DNA from: Eledone cirrhosa
Lineage: Eukaryota
DNA length: 64,000 bases
Assembly: GCA_964016885.1 (NCBI GenBank)
Contig: OZ024741.1
Coordinates: forward strand, 305,722,001 to 305,786,000
Reading direction: 5' to 3'
Shown here: piece after piece, positions 61,113 to 64,000 of the stretch
How positions within the stretch are numbered: position 1 is the first letter of the stretch
How the letters are laid out: each line of letters begins with the position of its first letter
Notes under the pieces: generated by a model
Databases searched by the model: none
What the model saw: only the letters and a program-made list of their open reading frames with translations
What the model was told of the DNA's origin: nothing
Program-made: the position numbers and the translations under genes

Positions 61113-63235
61113 TCATCATCATCATCATCGTTTAACGTCCGTGTTCCACGCTTGCATGGATTTGGACGGGGGTAGTCCCACTTGAGGCAAGAGTGATTGT
61201 CTTGCTCGCATAGGACTGTCTGGCAGGTTTTCTACAGTTGGATGCCCTTCCTAACACCAACCACATTTACAGTGTGGGTCTGGGAGGTTTTTACCGTGTT
61301 GCCTACACGGCCACATTACAGCGTGGACTGTGTGTTTTTTTGTCGTGACACCTACACGATCTCATTTGTTTCGGCCTGGATGGCGCGGCACCAACATAAC
61401 TTTACATAGAACGGGGTGGTGTGGATGGGGTGGGGGTGGTGGCGGGACGGGGTGTATTTTGTTAGAGATGCCTACTGGCAAGGCGGGTCTTCTCTGTTAC
61501 AGAGTATCGCCAAAGGTCTCGGTCCAGTGACATTGTCTTGGAGAGGTGTAAGTGTGTGAGGTCGGAGTTTATCAGCTCGTCCCAGGTTTTTCTAGGTCTG
61601 CCTATTCCGTGGCTACCGTCTATCTTTATTGCCCTGCACTTTGTTATACAGCTATCGACTTTCATGCGCATCACGTGTCCATACCAACGTAGCCTTCTCT
61701 CGAGTAAACAACATCTGATCCCTCTTATCTCTAATTTTTTCCTTAGTTCGTTTATGCTTTGCCGTTCACGTATATTACTGTTACACATCCAGCGGAGCAT
61801 GCAAGCTTCGTTCCTCTCTAGTCTGCGTATATCCTCTGCACACAATGCCCAGGTCTCACTGCCATGCAACATTGCTGTTCGTATGCAGGCATCGTACAAC
61901 CTGCCTTTCATTTTTAGGGAGAACCCTTTAGCAGCTAATAGTGGTATAAGCTCTCTGAACTTTTTCCAACCAGTTCTGACTCTAGCTACAGTACTTTCAG
62001 AGCACCCTCCCCCACTGCTGATTTTATCGCCCAGATAACGGAAGCTGTCCACTATTTCTATAGAACCCTCTGCGCAATTGAAAGAGCTAGTATTTTGTGG
62101 GCACTTGCTGCTACTTATTGCACCAGAACACCGGCCACATGTAAAATCTATGTTCTTAGTTAGCTTACCTGTGATTCCACTACATCTTTTATGCACCCAT
62201 ACTTTGCATTTAGGACATAAAATGGAGTTTCTACCTACGCCTTTCCTACACACCGAGCACAACCATTTCCCAGAAGGGACCGCTGCCTTGTTTTCTTTCC
62301 TACAAACTAGAACTTTGGTCTTAGCCAGGTTAATTTTAAGTCCTTTTGACTCTAGGCTGTGCTTCCATGTTTGGAATTTCTTCTCTAGCTCGGCCATTGA
62401 TTCCGCTATGAGTGTCAGGTCGTCTGCGTATAGGAGTTCCCATGGGCAGCCTGTCTTGAACTCCTCTGTTATAGCCTGAAGGGCAATAATAAATAGTAGG
62501 GGGCTGAGAACAGAGCCCTGATGGACGCCAACTTTTACGCTAAACTCTTCACTATATTCGTTGTTAATTCTAACCTTGCTGACTGTTTCTTTATACATGG
62601 CTTGTATAGCCCTCACAAGCCATTCGTCAACGCCTAGTTTTCTAAGAGCCCACCAGATAATGGAGCAGGGGACTCTGTCGAAGGCTTTCTCCAAGTCGAC
62701 AAAAGCTAAGTAGAGGGGTTTACCTTTAGCTAGGAACTTCTCCTGTAGTTGTCGTACTATGAAAAGAGCGTCTGTGGTACTTTTGCCTGACACAAACCCG
62801 AACTGCATTTCATCTAGGTCAATTCTCTCTCTGATTAGTTGCGCTATTACTTTTTCCGTGACCTTCATGACCTGGTCGATTAATTTAATGCCTCTATAGT
62901 TACTCCTATCTAGGGCGTCTCCTTTACCCTTATAACAGTTAACGATGATGCTGCTATGCCAGTCCTTCGGAACAACCCCATTCTGTACGACATGGTTAAC
63001 TATGCGAGTGACCATGGTGTGTCCCACCGTGCCAGATGCCTTCAGCATCTCAGCAACTATTTCCGAAGGCCCAGCCGCCTTACCTGTCTTCATATCCTTG
63101 ATTGCCTTACTTATTATACTCCCCTCGACTAACACTGCTGGTCCCTCTATTGGGTCGATATGGGGGAGACTGTCTTTCTCCCATTTATTCTCCTCATTTA
63201 GTAGCCTTTCATAGTGACACTTCCAAGCTACCTTC
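61113..63235 (-). mobile_element. Young 5'-truncated RTE LINE
   Basis: Uninterrupted RT frame plus 3' UTR and (GAT)n tail; both junctions lie in TA-rich microsatellite. Confidence 0.95.
61462..63235 (-). CDS. RTE reverse transcriptase (5'-truncated, no real start codon) with an internal Cys/His finger
   Basis: NYRGIKL, QFGF, FVDLEKAFDRV, GVHQGSVLSPLLF, LLYADD, FRYLG. The N-terminal part of the listed 623-aa ORF is microsatellite read-through. Confidence 0.9.
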
Positions 63236-63236
63236 T

Positions 63237-63268
<32 letters not shown>

Positions 63269-63276
63269 CATATATA

Positions 63277-64000
63277 TATCATCATCATCATCATCAACAT
63301 CATCATTTTACATCCGCTTTTCCCTGCTTGCAAGGGTGGGACAGGTCCTATTCAGGACACCATCTCTCAACTTGTCACGGTCCTTCGTCATCTCCTCCGT
63401 GAGCTTCAGCGATCTGAGGTCTGTTCTCACCACCTCCGCCCATGTTTTTAGTGGTCTTCCTCTACTACGTCTTCCTTCAACTGGCATTTCTTGGCACTTC
63501 TTCCCCCATCGGTCATCCTCCATGCCCATACCATCGCAGTCTCCTCTCCCGCACACTACAATTTATCCCTCTCAGACACAGTTTCTCTCTTAACACATCC
63601 ATGCTCGGTCGTTCACGCACATTGACATTGCACATCCAATGGAGCATGCTTGCCTCATTTCTCTCCAGCTGTTGCATATCCTCTGCAGTTTCAGCAATCT
63701 GAGGTCTGCTATCACCACCTCCGCCCATGTTTTTTTGTGATCTTCCTCTAGTGTGTCTTCCTTCTACTGGGATTTCCTGGCACCTCTTGACCCAGCGGTC
63801 ATCCTCCATGCGCATCACATGTCTATACCATCTCAGTCTTCTCTCCTGCACACCACAACTTATCCCTCTTATACCCAGTTTCCCTCTCAACTCATCCATG
63901 CTTGGTCGTTCACGTACATTGGCATTGCACATCCAATGGAGCATGCTTGCTTCATTTCTCTCCAGCCGTTGCATATCCTCTGCAGTTGCTGCCCATGTCT
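63277..64000 (-). mobile_element. RTE 3' fragment of another subfamily with a tandemly duplicated RT C-terminus
   Basis: MQ.LERNEASMLHWMCN...RRLRWY occurs twice; (GAT)n tail at 63277-63305. Confidence 0.85.

Noticed and set aside
63236-63333. N-terminus of the 623-aa ORF as a genuine start
   Set aside because: It is the (GAT)n/(TA)n tail of the adjacent RTE read in frame; the element lacks its endonuclease and true start.

Overview
AT-rich eukaryotic DNA, most likely an octopod cephalopod (inferred from SINE and RTE repeat types, not verified). One minus-strand multi-exon gene spans almost the whole window. Eleven phase-consistent GT-AG coding exons (58922 down to ~824, ~514 aa, probably continuing past the left edge) encode a CFAP92/KIAA1257 (DUF4550)-like ciliary protein, with a candidate RFX/Fox promoter near 60.2-60.5 kb. 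The introns hold a CR1 fragment, a full-length but broken L1-Tx1 element in (GATA)n, three Ty3/gypsy elements plus a fragment of a fourth, CRE and R4/Dong 3' fragments, RTE copies, many tRNA-derived SINEs, TTAA MITEs, Helitron-like elements and two large minisatellites. Most notable: (1) a 101-unit, 57-bp satellite inside a gypsy 3' LTR whose two main variants look like the two CpG-deamination products; (2) a gypsy element whose primer-binding site matches nt 1-12 of tRNA-Phe rather than a tRNA 3' end; (3) a ~190-bp inverted duplication that would base-pair over the splice acceptor and first 29 nt of a coding exon; (4) a cluster of long fold-back palindromes near the 5' end of the gene. All calls were made by eye; no searches were run.
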